Shown here: positions 1-8,140 of the stretch, piece by piece | Numbering within the stretch: position 1 is the first letter of the stretch | How the letters are laid out: every line of letters begins with the position of its first letter | Assembly: GCA_041640075.1 (NCBI GenBank) | Contig: JBEQAY010000023.1 | Location: 1-17,707 of the forward strand | Source of the DNA: Candidatus Nanohaloarchaea archaeon | Lineage (GTDB): Archaea > Nanohalarchaeota > Nanosalinia > Nanosalinales > Nanosalinaceae | DNA length: 17,707 bases | Reading direction: 5' to 3' | Translations under genes and position numbers: made by a program | The notes under the pieces: generated by a model | Database searches by the model: none | What the model saw: the letters and a program-made list of their open reading frames with translations, nothing else | Told to the model about the DNA's origin: nothing

Positions 1-600
1 GTAACACTCTATTTCCTCCGAATCAAAGGCTAAAATTTTGGCTATCGCTCTGTGGTTTCCATCATTAATCATTCCCCATGTATCCTCTATATCCCAGTTC
101 CTTTCTCCGTGCACCTCTTTCATCCTATCCAGCTTGTCAGGCCTATTTCCAGGAGTAACGACCCAGGGATAAAATTGATTCAAGATTTCAGGTACTTCAG
201 TTAGACTCTTGATATATTTGACATTTCTGTATTCCTCTGAATCAGCTTCTCTAACAAATTCTATAACTTCGTGAAGTGAGCCCGAAATGACTTTCGGAGG
301 CAGATCACCTAAACGAGGCAGTGTTGTTCCTAAATCTTCTACTTTCACGGTTTCTTTTCTCCAAGAACAGCCTTCAAATATTTCTAATCTGTATTCAGGA
401 TTACTGTCAAGCTTCTGCAGCAGACTCATCTTCTCATCTAAGTTGTAGTCTTTTTCCCGGTATTCTCTCCTGACTTCCTCTACAATTCTATTTAATTCCT
501 CTCCGTCAGGGGACTTTTCAATAATTATTCTCTGAATATCCCCCTGTTGCTTGCAAAGTTGCCATAGAAGAAAGTTATCGATAGCCTCTTCGTCAATCAT
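1..600 (-). CDS. ParB/Sulfiredoxin-like motif protein, 3' end outside the window
   Basis: Not in the ORF track. Translated by hand: ATG at 600-598, open for 200 codons to base 1 (MIDEEAIDNFLLWQLCK...WGMINDGNHRAIAKILAFDSEEIECY). DGNHR matches the ParB/Srx DGxHR signature. TATA-like TCTATAAT (minus strand, 631-624) suggests a leaderless start. Confidence 0.7.
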   Translation of the reverse strand, partial: MIDEEAIDNFLLWQLCKQQGDIQRIIIEKSPDGEELNRIVEEVRREYREKDYNLDEKMSLLQKLDSNPEYRLEIFEGCSWRKETVKVEDLGTTLPRLGDLPPKVISGSLHEVIEFVREADSEEYRNVKYIKSLTEVPEILNQFYPWVVTPGNRPDKLDRMKEVHGERNWDIEDTWGMINDGNHRAIAKILAFDSEEIECY

Positions 601-659
601 ATAAACAGTTTATTACCTGCGAATTATAGATTTGATGAGAGAAAAGACGAATAATTATA

Positions 660-742
660 TGCGGGGGACAAGATTCGAACTTGCGAACCCCTAAGGGACA
701 GGATCCTAAGTCCTGCGCCTTTGACCACTTGGCTACCCCCGC
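660..742 (-). tRNA. trnL: tRNA-Leu (anticodon TAG), no intron, CCA not encoded
   Basis: Reverse complement folds as a cloverleaf: acceptor GCGGGGG/CCCCCGC plus discriminator A, anticodon arm CAGGA-CTTAGGA-TCCTG, long variable arm CCC-TTAG-GGG, T arm GCAAG-TTCGAAT-CTTGT. Confidence 0.97.
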
Positions 743-744
743 AA

Positions 745-881
745 ACTTATTGCCGCAGATTTTTCAGCAAAATCTGCTCTTAGCACACTCTTGGAGTCTG
801 CACCGCGAAGTTTGATCACGCGGAGACGGTTCAAAATGAACCGACTTACAACTGTTTTCCAGAATGATCAGGGTTTCTGGA
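745..881. other. Array of five hairpins directly upstream of tRNA-Leu (structured leader, ncRNA or small inserted element)
   Basis: Inverted repeats at 755-777 (9 bp), 783-801 (3+4 bp), 803-823 (5 bp), 827-843 (7 bp) and 858-881 (7 bp). Direct repeat ACTTA at 745-749 and 844-848. Confidence 0.55.
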
Positions 882-979
882 TTATGTATAAGGTGGAGTT
901 GGTTAATTTTTATTAAGTATGCCGCTGGTTTTTGTTTTTCTGGTTAGGTAACGGATTTAAGTATGGCTATTTTCACGTT

Positions 980-1621
980 GTGACAGAGGGAGCGAGGGGA
1001 TTATCTCTGTTATTTAAATACGGCGATTTCGAGGTTTTCTGGGATAGCTGTGCGTCTCTACGTGTTAGAGATAAAGAGTTCACTGTAGCTGTTGATCCCA
1101 GCAAGGTTTCCCCAAACTTCAGTGCAGGGATAGTCCTGATAACGGGTGAAGGAGAAGAATACTTTGACAAGGAGAAGTTGAAGCAGGTATGTGGTAAAGG
1201 AACCTGTGTAGTTGCTCCTGAAGATCTTTCTACCAGAGATGTACCGTGTCAGGACGTGGAGTTTGTCGGTGACGGAGATACTCTTGATATCTTTGGTGTC
1301 GAGATCGAGGTTTTACAGGTTAACGGCGTTGTTTCTTACCGTTTTGATATGCGTGGGACCTCCTTCTTTGCTTCCGGTGGCTCAGGGTTCAGTGAGAAGT
1401 TTATAGAGATGGAGAATCGTGTGGATGTTGCTTTTCTTCAGGTAGCGGGTTCAGAGCTGTCTGAGGATGAGATAGTGAAGAACGCTGTACGTATAAAGCC
1501 GAAGATCGTGGTGCCGTACCATTACGGTGAGCCATTCTTCCCGGATTACTTGGCCAACATCGATAACCTGAAGGCGGATATAGAGGACAGGAACATGGAG
1601 TGCATCATAGAAGAAAAATAA
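980..1621 (+). CDS. Metallo-beta-lactamase-fold (UlaG/COG2220-like) protein with degenerate metal ligands
   Basis: Family-like segments: FW...ASLRV, VAVDP, IVLIT, IKPKIVVPYHYG. HxHxDH is replaced by GEGEEY. Start uncertain: TTG 932, GTG 980 (about 20 nt after TTTAAGTA) or CTG 1007 after GAGGGG. Confidence 0.75.
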   Translation: MTEGARGLSLLFKYGDFEVFWDSCASLRVRDKEFTVAVDPSKVSPNFSAGIVLITGEGEEYFDKEKLKQVCGKGTCVVAPEDLSTRDVPCQDVEFVGDGDTLDIFGVEIEVLQVNGVVSYRFDMRGTSFFASGGSGFSEKFIEMENRVDVAFLQVAGSELSEDEIVKNAVRIKPKIVVPYHYGEPFFPDYLANIDNLKADIEDRNMECIIEEK

Positions 1622-1650
1622 GTGGAAAATATGTGTTTAATGTACGTTTT

Positions 1651-2142
1651 CTACAGGAAGCCCATCGCTAGCTCCATAAGTCCGAATTTAAGAGCGTTGC
1701 CCAGTGTATAGGTCTCGTAACGGATCTCATCGTTTTTCATCATCTGGTTGATTTTCTGGGCAGGGTCTTCAGCACTGTTGATGGTTTCTATGTTCTCCTG
1801 TGTGATCCAGATCTTCAGAGAAGGTTCATCGAAAGCTCCCCACTGGATTTCCTCGGTCTTGACTCCTTTGGTCTTCACACCGATGATATCCTCTTCCAGC
1901 ATCTCGGAACCGGTCTCAAGCTCGCTCAGGTTGATGGTGATAGTCTGGTCACCGATAACTGACCCAACGAAACCAGGTATCTCTCCGGAGCGCTGGTTGT
2001 ACTGGTTCTGGAGCTGTGTCAAGTTAATAGTAGGTGTCTCCACCTGTCCAGTAGTATCCAGTTCTGATCCGCTAGTCTGTGCTGCCGTTGAGGAAATCAA
2101 GAATAGTGCGGAAAAGACCACAAGTGCAAGGTTCAGTCTCAT
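1651..2142 (-). CDS. Secreted or surface hypothetical protein
   Basis: 163 aa with a signal-peptide-like N-terminus (MRLNLALVVFSALFLISSTAAQ), acidic body and hydrophobic C-terminal tail. Confidence 0.8.
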   Translation of the reverse strand: MRLNLALVVFSALFLISSTAAQTSGSELDTTGQVETPTINLTQLQNQYNQRSGEIPGFVGSVIGDQTITINLSELETGSEMLEEDIIGVKTKGVKTEEIQWGAFDEPSLKIWITQENIETINSAEDPAQKINQMMKNDEIRYETYTLGNALKFGLMELAMGFL

Positions 2143-2188
2143 ATATAACTCCCATTTACCCGGCCGGAATTAAATCGGTTTCCCTCAG

Positions 2189-3910
2189 TTACTTCACGGT
2201 CACTGACTTCGCCAGGTTTCTGGGCTTGTCAGGATTGTTCCCTTTCTCCACAGCTGTAAGATAGGCTGCCATCTGGAAAGGTATTATCTCAAGGATCTCA
2301 GAGTTCTCATCCTCTGGCACGTTTATATGGAACTTTGACTCCTCGATCTCCTCAGTTCCAACAGAGATTATATCTGCGCCACGGGAGTGAGCCTCCATCA
2401 TGTTCGAGTACGCCTGGCTGTATCCTTCCTCTTTAAGGAACGCCACTACAGGAGTTCCATCCTCTACGAGCGCAAGTGTTCCATGCTTGAACTCTCCACC
2501 AGGGAAAGCCTCTGCGTGAATGTAAGAAAGTTCTTTAAGCTTCAGATTTGCCTCTCTAGCCATCTCATACCCTTTGTTCCGTCCGATGAAGTAAACATGC
2601 TCCTTCTCTGTCAAGTACTCACTCAGTTCCTCAACGGTTTCTCTATTATCCTCTATAGTGGTTTTTATCTTTTCAGCTGTTTCAAGAAGTTTCTCACGGC
2701 CTTCCTCGATACTCCGGTCAAGAGAGTAGCTGATCAGTTTCAGTACTGCAAGCTGGGCGGTGAAAGCTTTGGTGGATGCTACCCCGATCTCCGGTCCTGC
2801 GTTGACGTACAGCTTGTGGTCGGCCTGACGTGCGAGAGTGGAACCGACGACATTTACTACTGCAAGAACATCTGCCTCTGTCTCTTCAAGCATTGAAAGA
2901 AGGTCAGCAGTCTCTCCGGACTGGCTTACAGAAATAACGAGGTCGTCTTCAGAAACTTCATCGCTTCTGTACTCAAGTTCATGCGCCTGCTCTGTCAGTG
3001 CATCTACACCAGCTTCCCTCAGATACTTTGCTCCTAGGCTTGCCGCGAAACTGGCTGTCCCACAACCGGTCAGGTATACATCTTCTGCATCTCTGATCAT
3101 CTTTACTGCTTTCTGTAGGTCGCTTTTATCCTGATAGGCAGCTCGCTTAACTGTTTTTGGCTGTTCCTTAATCTCTTTCTCCATGAAGTGATCGTGACCC
3201 TCTTTTGAAGCCTGCTCCGCGTCCCAGTCGATCTCCTGTACCTCGCGTTCAACTTTTTCACCGGAGTTGTAGACCTCGTATCCGTCTTCAATTATAGCAT
3301 AGTCATCGTCTTCCAGGAAAATCGCTTTCTTGGTGTGCTCAAGGAAAGGTGTTACGTCGGAAGCCAGGAAGAACTCGTCTTCGTCGATTCCAAGGACTAG
3401 TGGAGAGCCTTTTCTGAATGCAATCATCTCTCCAGAGTTAAGCATAGCTGCTACAGCATAGGAACCTTCAAGTCTTTCCATAACCCTGTGAACTGCTTTC
3501 GCAATTTCTTCGTTTCTCTCCAGTTCTCTTTCTAGTAGGTGTGGAATTACTTCTGTATCTGTTTCGGACTTAAATTCAACGTTTAGGTCGTCTTTGATCC
3601 TCTGGTAGTTTTCGATTATTCCGTTGTGTACGACTGCGACTTTTTCCTTGTGTGAAACGTGTGGGTGTGCGTTTTCCTCTGTTACTCCTCCGTGTGTTGC
3701 CCATCTTGTGTGGCCTATGCCGGAGGTCCCGTCGATTTCAGGGTTTGCGACTTCGTCGACTTCTCCGACTGCTTTTTCTACTTTTATTGTTGGATTTCCT
3801 GCTGTCGCTATTCCTGCGGAGTCGTAGCCTCTGTACTCAAGTCTCTTCAGACCTTTGTAGACTTTTTCAGCTGCTTCATCGTCGCCGTGGTAACCTATGA
3901 TCCCGCACAT
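2189..3910 (-). CDS. glmS: Glutamine--fructose-6-phosphate aminotransferase (isomerizing)
   Basis: MCGI Ntn nucleophile, LEYRGYDSAG, GHTRWATHG, HNGIIEN, SQSGETAD, STKAF, KHGTLAL and C-terminal PRNLAKSVT. Confidence 0.98.
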   Translation of the reverse strand: MCGIIGYHGDDEAAEKVYKGLKRLEYRGYDSAGIATAGNPTIKVEKAVGEVDEVANPEIDGTSGIGHTRWATHGGVTEENAHPHVSHKEKVAVVHNGIIENYQRIKDDLNVEFKSETDTEVIPHLLERELERNEEIAKAVHRVMERLEGSYAVAAMLNSGEMIAFRKGSPLVLGIDEDEFFLASDVTPFLEHTKKAIFLEDDDYAIIEDGYEVYNSGEKVEREVQEIDWDAEQASKEGHDHFMEKEIKEQPKTVKRAAYQDKSDLQKAVKMIRDAEDVYLTGCGTASFAASLGAKYLREAGVDALTEQAHELEYRSDEVSEDDLVISVSQSGETADLLSMLEETEADVLAVVNVVGSTLARQADHKLYVNAGPEIGVASTKAFTAQLAVLKLISYSLDRSIEEGREKLLETAEKIKTTIEDNRETVEELSEYLTEKEHVYFIGRNKGYEMAREANLKLKELSYIHAEAFPGGEFKHGTLALVEDGTPVVAFLKEEGYSQAYSNMMEAHSRGADIISVGTEEIEESKFHINVPEDENSEILEIIPFQMAAYLTAVEKGNNPDKPRNLAKSVTVK

Positions 3911-3935
3911 CGCTGGACAAGAATTACACTCGAAT

Positions 3936-3945
3936 CCTTTTAAAG
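3936..3945 (-). promoter_or_regulatory. TATA box for glmS (probably leaderless)
   Basis: CTTTAAAAGG on the minus strand, 26-35 nt upstream of the ATG at 3910. Confidence 0.6.
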
Positions 3946-4083
3946 ACTTCCTGAAGACGACGAAAACCAGTTAGACAGAGGTTTTAACGGATGTTGAGTA
4001 TTTCAGGTAACTCTTTTAATCAAGGAACTATTTCACCCTCAAGAGGTAAAAGATTTATTATACCGGTTGTAAAATGGTTTGAT

Positions 4084-5001
4084 ATGTACAAAGTCATCCG
4101 TGAAAACGAGGACGGGACAGAGAAACTTGAAGCGGTAAAACTCGATGCGGAGAAAATAAAGGCACTTTCTGACTCGACAAGGAGAAATATACTTGAGAAG
4201 CTTGCAGAGCAGCCGTCCTATCCACGGGAAGTCTCACGTGAACTTGGACTGGAGAAACAGAAATCATACTACCACTTCGACAAACTGGAGAAAGCAGGTC
4301 TGATAGAGGAGGAGAGAACAGAGAATGTCTCAGGGGGTTCGGCAAAATACTTCAGATCGTCCTCGCCGACTTACGTCCTCGACCTGGGAACTGAGGGAAA
4401 AAAGGTTCCATGGCGCACCAACCAGGAAAAAACAGAGAAGTTCCTGGGATCGCTCATAGAAAACGGTGAGATGAAAGGAGCTATAGTTGTAGGTTCACCG
4501 GATCAGCATGGACCGGACCAGGTACAGGCAAAGGACGGTCATCTGGCAGGAGAGGTAGGTATCAAACTTGGAAACTACTGTAAAGCAGAAAATCCAGCTG
4601 TCAAACTTGACACAGAGATCTTCGGAAACTCAGGTTTCCACCAGAGCATGGTGCTGGTCGGTGGGGTTCTAACTAACACGGTCACGAAAAAATTCAATGA
4701 GAACTTTCCGGCCAGCTTCGAAGGTGAAAACTTCCCGTACAGGGAGATCAGGACGCCGGAAAACACGTACAGTGAAGACACTATTGGGGTAGTTGCGAAG
4801 ACAGAGAATCCTGAAGACCCGGAAAAGGATATCTTCATGGTGGCTGGTGTCAGGAATCAGGGTACTGAGGCAGCGGTCAGAGCCTTCAAAAACCTGGAAG
4901 ACATAGTTGAAGACTACGGGGACGGGGAGTTCTACCGTGTCGTCAGAGGACTTGACATGGATGGAGACGGGGAGATAGACGACTACGAAGTGGTAGAATG
5001 A
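4084..5001 (+). CDS. ArsR-type winged-HTH regulator with C-terminal alpha/beta domain
   Basis: ALSDSTRRNILEKL...YYHFDKLEKAGLI is an ArsR-like wHTH; the C-terminal domain carries IVVGSPDQHGP. ATG 4084 is preferred over 3991 because TTTATTATA (4052-4060) lies about 25 nt upstream. Confidence 0.8.
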   Translation: MYKVIRENEDGTEKLEAVKLDAEKIKALSDSTRRNILEKLAEQPSYPREVSRELGLEKQKSYYHFDKLEKAGLIEEERTENVSGGSAKYFRSSSPTYVLDLGTEGKKVPWRTNQEKTEKFLGSLIENGEMKGAIVVGSPDQHGPDQVQAKDGHLAGEVGIKLGNYCKAENPAVKLDTEIFGNSGFHQSMVLVGGVLTNTVTKKFNENFPASFEGENFPYREIRTPENTYSEDTIGVVAKTENPEDPEKDIFMVAGVRNQGTEAAVRAFKNLEDIVEDYGDGEFYRVVRGLDMDGDGEIDDYEVVE

Positions 5002-6236
5002 CCGCAAAAGGAAAAGATAGAGACGACTGGATGGTATTCCAGCAGGACGTTCTAGACGTACTTAGACAGTACCAGGGCTACTTCGACTACTTTGAACGAG
5101 TTGGCAGCCTCAGCGATGACTCACGCCCGGATTTCGTGTCAAGGATCACGCGTGAAGACAGGAAAGAGGTCTGGGTAGTCGACGCGAAGAAGAAACCGGA
5201 GCTTGATGACGAAGACCGTAACAGGATGAGGAAATACCTGGATATGCTTGAATCTAACCCTATTGACCTAGGACTGGAGATAAGCGAACTATCAGAATAC
5301 GAATTCAGAGGAATATTTGTCACAAGCCGTGGAAACATCCAGTCTGATAACTTTGAGCAGCTAAAGTTCTCAAACCTGCATCAGTTCCTTAAGAGAGAGC
5401 TCGTGTACACTGAGACAGATAAGGTTGTCAGAGACGTGGCTAAAATGGCTGAGAGAAAACAGCTTTCGCAGAGCCAGGCCCGTCTATTATTCAGAAGTTT
5501 GAAACCGTTTGAAAGAGTACGTGAGAAAGCTCTTCAGACACTTGAAAATATAGAAAATACTTACACTGGTTTCAAGCTTGAAAAACCTCCTTTTGACAGA
5601 GAAATTCCTGTTGAAGCCAGATTAACTCATGAAGATCGTGGAAAAGTTTTCATGATAGATATCCCGTACTCTAGAGATGCTCTGGAAGAAGTGGATGCCA
5701 AGGTTGAGGAGATAAAAAACGCGGTTGATGAGCCTGATAAAGAAGTCTTCTTCGCTGCCATCAACACTTTCAGCGACGAAACAGATTCAAACTACATCTA
5801 CGGTCTTGAAGAGTTCGAGGAAAAGATTTCGGAGACCTCAAGGGTGCTTTCGCCTGAGAAAGTTGCTCAAATGTTCAGTCCAAAAGTTGCCACAGAACAG
5901 AACTGGGAGGACGGATACCTGGAGATAAATGACTCACGTGGACTGGGTTTCCGTCTAAGAGTTTACACCCAGGACGACATACGTTTCCGCGTGGAGGCCG
6001 AGATGGATGAGAAAGCCGTCGAGGAGATGAAGGATCGCATGCTCAACTCCCGTAAAGAATTTGGAGAGCTTGAGGATAGAAGATTCAGGCTGGAGTTCAA
6101 GATTACTGAAGATGGCGAGATATCCTATTCAGGTAAGAAACAGTCGATGCAGAACTTCAGGGATGAGGTCAGAACAGTTTATCAGTCCTCTGTTAATCCT
6201 GTGCTGAGTAAAAACGTGACAGCTACTATCGACTGA
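4998..6236 (+). CDS. Hypothetical protein with N-terminal PD-(D/E)XK restriction-endonuclease-like domain
   Basis: FQQDV...RPDFV...VVDAKK fits the PD-(D/E)XK pattern. ATGA overlap with the upstream stop codon. Confidence 0.65.
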   Translation: MTAKGKDRDDWMVFQQDVLDVLRQYQGYFDYFERVGSLSDDSRPDFVSRITREDRKEVWVVDAKKKPELDDEDRNRMRKYLDMLESNPIDLGLEISELSEYEFRGIFVTSRGNIQSDNFEQLKFSNLHQFLKRELVYTETDKVVRDVAKMAERKQLSQSQARLLFRSLKPFERVREKALQTLENIENTYTGFKLEKPPFDREIPVEARLTHEDRGKVFMIDIPYSRDALEEVDAKVEEIKNAVDEPDKEVFFAAINTFSDETDSNYIYGLEEFEEKISETSRVLSPEKVAQMFSPKVATEQNWEDGYLEINDSRGLGFRLRVYTQDDIRFRVEAEMDEKAVEEMKDRMLNSRKEFGELEDRRFRLEFKITEDGEISYSGKKQSMQNFRDEVRTVYQSSVNPVLSKNVTATID

Positions 6237-6293
6237 TGTTTCCTGGCCGTAAATAATTTATGACGTTGAAGATATTTTTTACCTGTAAATTAG

Positions 6294-6719
6294 ATGAATA
6301 AACAGGAGTACAGAGAGCTGAAGCGACTCGAAAGAGTTGTCGAAAAACTTGACAGAGACCTTGACTCCGTCATCGTTGAGGGTTTCGATGACCGTCAGGT
6401 TATGAGAGAACTTGGCTTCACCGGCAAAATATTTCTATCTGCTGAAACATCTGTAGAAGATCTTGTGGAAGATGTTGAACGGGGCTCAGAGAAAACAGCT
6501 GTGCTCACAGATTTTGATTCCCACGGAAAAGAGCAGAACCGGAAAATCCGGCACGCACTGCAGGGCCGCGTGAAAAACTCCATCAGTGCACGCGAAGAAT
6601 TCGGCCTCCAGCTCACAGCCAATGACAGGCATGCAGTCGAAGATGTCAGACCATTGTTCGAAGATAAAGATCAGAAATTTGTCGATGCCGCCCTCAGTCG
6701 GTTATTCACTTCTCTGTGA
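6294..6719 (+). CDS. Small stand-alone Toprim-domain protein (RNase M5/primase-like)
   Basis: VIVEGFDD and LTDFDSHG Toprim motifs in 141 aa. Confidence 0.88.
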   Translation: MNKQEYRELKRLERVVEKLDRDLDSVIVEGFDDRQVMRELGFTGKIFLSAETSVEDLVEDVERGSEKTAVLTDFDSHGKEQNRKIRHALQGRVKNSISAREEFGLQLTANDRHAVEDVRPLFEDKDQKFVDAALSRLFTSL

Positions 6720-6739
6720 ACTGTTACAGATTTAATATC

Positions 6740-7072
6740 CTAATCTGATAATCTATCGATCTTTGCAGCCATGATAAAATCGTTCTCATGCAAACCCTCT
6801 ACTTCTGAAGTAGTCATACGGACTTTGAGCTCTCCATAGGATAGCATCAGGTCCGGATAGTGTTCCTCCTTCATAGCCACGTCTGAAATATCATTAACAA
6901 GCTCTAGTGCCTCTCCATGCTTGGGAAAATGGAAGATGCGGGCAAGATAAGATCCATCTACAACTTTCCAGTCGCTATCCAGTTGTGCCATGTAATGTGT
7001 CAGGTCATCTCCATCCATAGCTTCCTCGTCCTGGTCAACTACCCTGCATCGTTTCTCGGAGAGATGAGTCAT
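6740..7072 (-). CDS. phhB: Pterin-4-alpha-carbinolamine dehydratase
   Basis: 110 aa with W...LARIFHF, EEHYPD (HHP variant) and GLHENDFIMAAKID. Confidence 0.88.
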   Translation of the reverse strand: MTHLSEKRCRVVDQDEEAMDGDDLTHYMAQLDSDWKVVDGSYLARIFHFPKHGEALELVNDISDVAMKEEHYPDLMLSYGELKVRMTTSEVEGLHENDFIMAAKIDRLSD

Positions 7073-7114
7073 ACATGAAAATCAGTAGAACCTGAATTAA
7101 ACTTTACCGGTCCG

Positions 7115-8089
7115 CTACTGGAACTGGCTTAGAGAGGTCTGATTCTTCTTCAAGGCCTTTGCATTGTACCCGAGCTCACGTGAGAGATGTGACGCAAGCT
7201 CCTCATCAAACCCGTGCTGAGTATAAACCTCTTCAGGGTCAACAGCCTGTACCAGTTCGACAAGTTCCTCGAAATCACAGTGATCCGACAGGACAAATGT
7301 CTCATCGTAACCACCACGGTACTTGAAAGACTCCTGCGCCGCCCAACCGGAAAAACCGGCCTTCAAGCCACCGAACTTCTCCAAGTTCTTCTCCATCCAG
7401 TCCGCCTGAGAACTCCTCGAAGGAGCTATCAAAATGGCGTTTTCCTCCTTCAACTTTTTCTTGTTCTCGCCGTAGGCTTCCGCCGGGAAACTCATTTCTG
7501 AAGCTTTCTCCACGGCATCGTTCATCTTTTTGACTGCCCCGTGCGCCAGAACCGGCCTCTCAGCCACATCATCGATAATCTTCTGAATCTTCTGCGCCTT
7601 ACCCAGAGAATAACCGAAGAGGTACAGTGGCTGATCACGATTATCCGCTACAAAATCCTTTATCCTGTTCTCAATACTTTTCTGATCTGGAAAAGTGTAA
7701 GCTGGGATGCCGTAAGTTGACTCAACTACAAGAACATCCGCACTCGGGGGCTGAAAGCCTTCAATATACGCACGATCTCTCATAGAAACATCGCCGGTGT
7801 AAAGGTATTTTTTCTCTTCACCAAACAAAGCAGCGGAAGAACCCAGGATATGACCAGACGGAATCAACTCGACATCATGATTCTCATGCCTCTGAACCTT
7901 TTCATCTGTCCGGGCCTCAGCCAGCCTCGCTGTCAAATCAGAACATACAACCTGGGAATCTGACTGATGCAGGTGATCCATATGTGCATGAGAAACAATA
8001 TTCACGTCACCGGTAGAACTCCTGGAATCCGCTACAAACTTTCTATCACCTACTTCAAAATGGATACCATCCTTCTCCCGGATCATCAA
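7115..8089 (-). CDS. MBL-fold beta-CASP nuclease (COG1236-like, resembles ligase-associated DNA-damage exonucleases)
   Basis: SHAHMDH, GHILGS, YTGD, ESTYG, GYSLGKAQ, SGWA, LSDHCDF and TQHG motifs are all intact. Confidence 0.9.
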   Translation of the reverse strand: MMIREKDGIHFEVGDRKFVADSRSSTGDVNIVSHAHMDHLHQSDSQVVCSDLTARLAEARTDEKVQRHENHDVELIPSGHILGSSAALFGEEKKYLYTGDVSMRDRAYIEGFQPPSADVLVVESTYGIPAYTFPDQKSIENRIKDFVADNRDQPLYLFGYSLGKAQKIQKIIDDVAERPVLAHGAVKKMNDAVEKASEMSFPAEAYGENKKKLKEENAILIAPSRSSQADWMEKNLEKFGGLKAGFSGWAAQESFKYRGGYDETFVLSDHCDFEELVELVQAVDPEEVYTQHGFDEELASHLSRELGYNAKALKKNQTSLSQFQ

Positions 8090-8140
8090 AAACTAAATGT
8101 TCGATAAAAGATTAGTAAGTGCTGTTTTTCTAACTCTTTT

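Noticed and set aside
1748..3943. Several plus-strand ORFs opposite glmS and the secreted protein, and similar shadow ORFs elsewhere
   Set aside because: They are antisense or alternate-frame shadows of well-supported genes, with atypical composition.
3911..4083. glmS ribozyme upstream of glmS
   Set aside because: The TATA position implies a leaderless mRNA and no ribozyme core was recognised.
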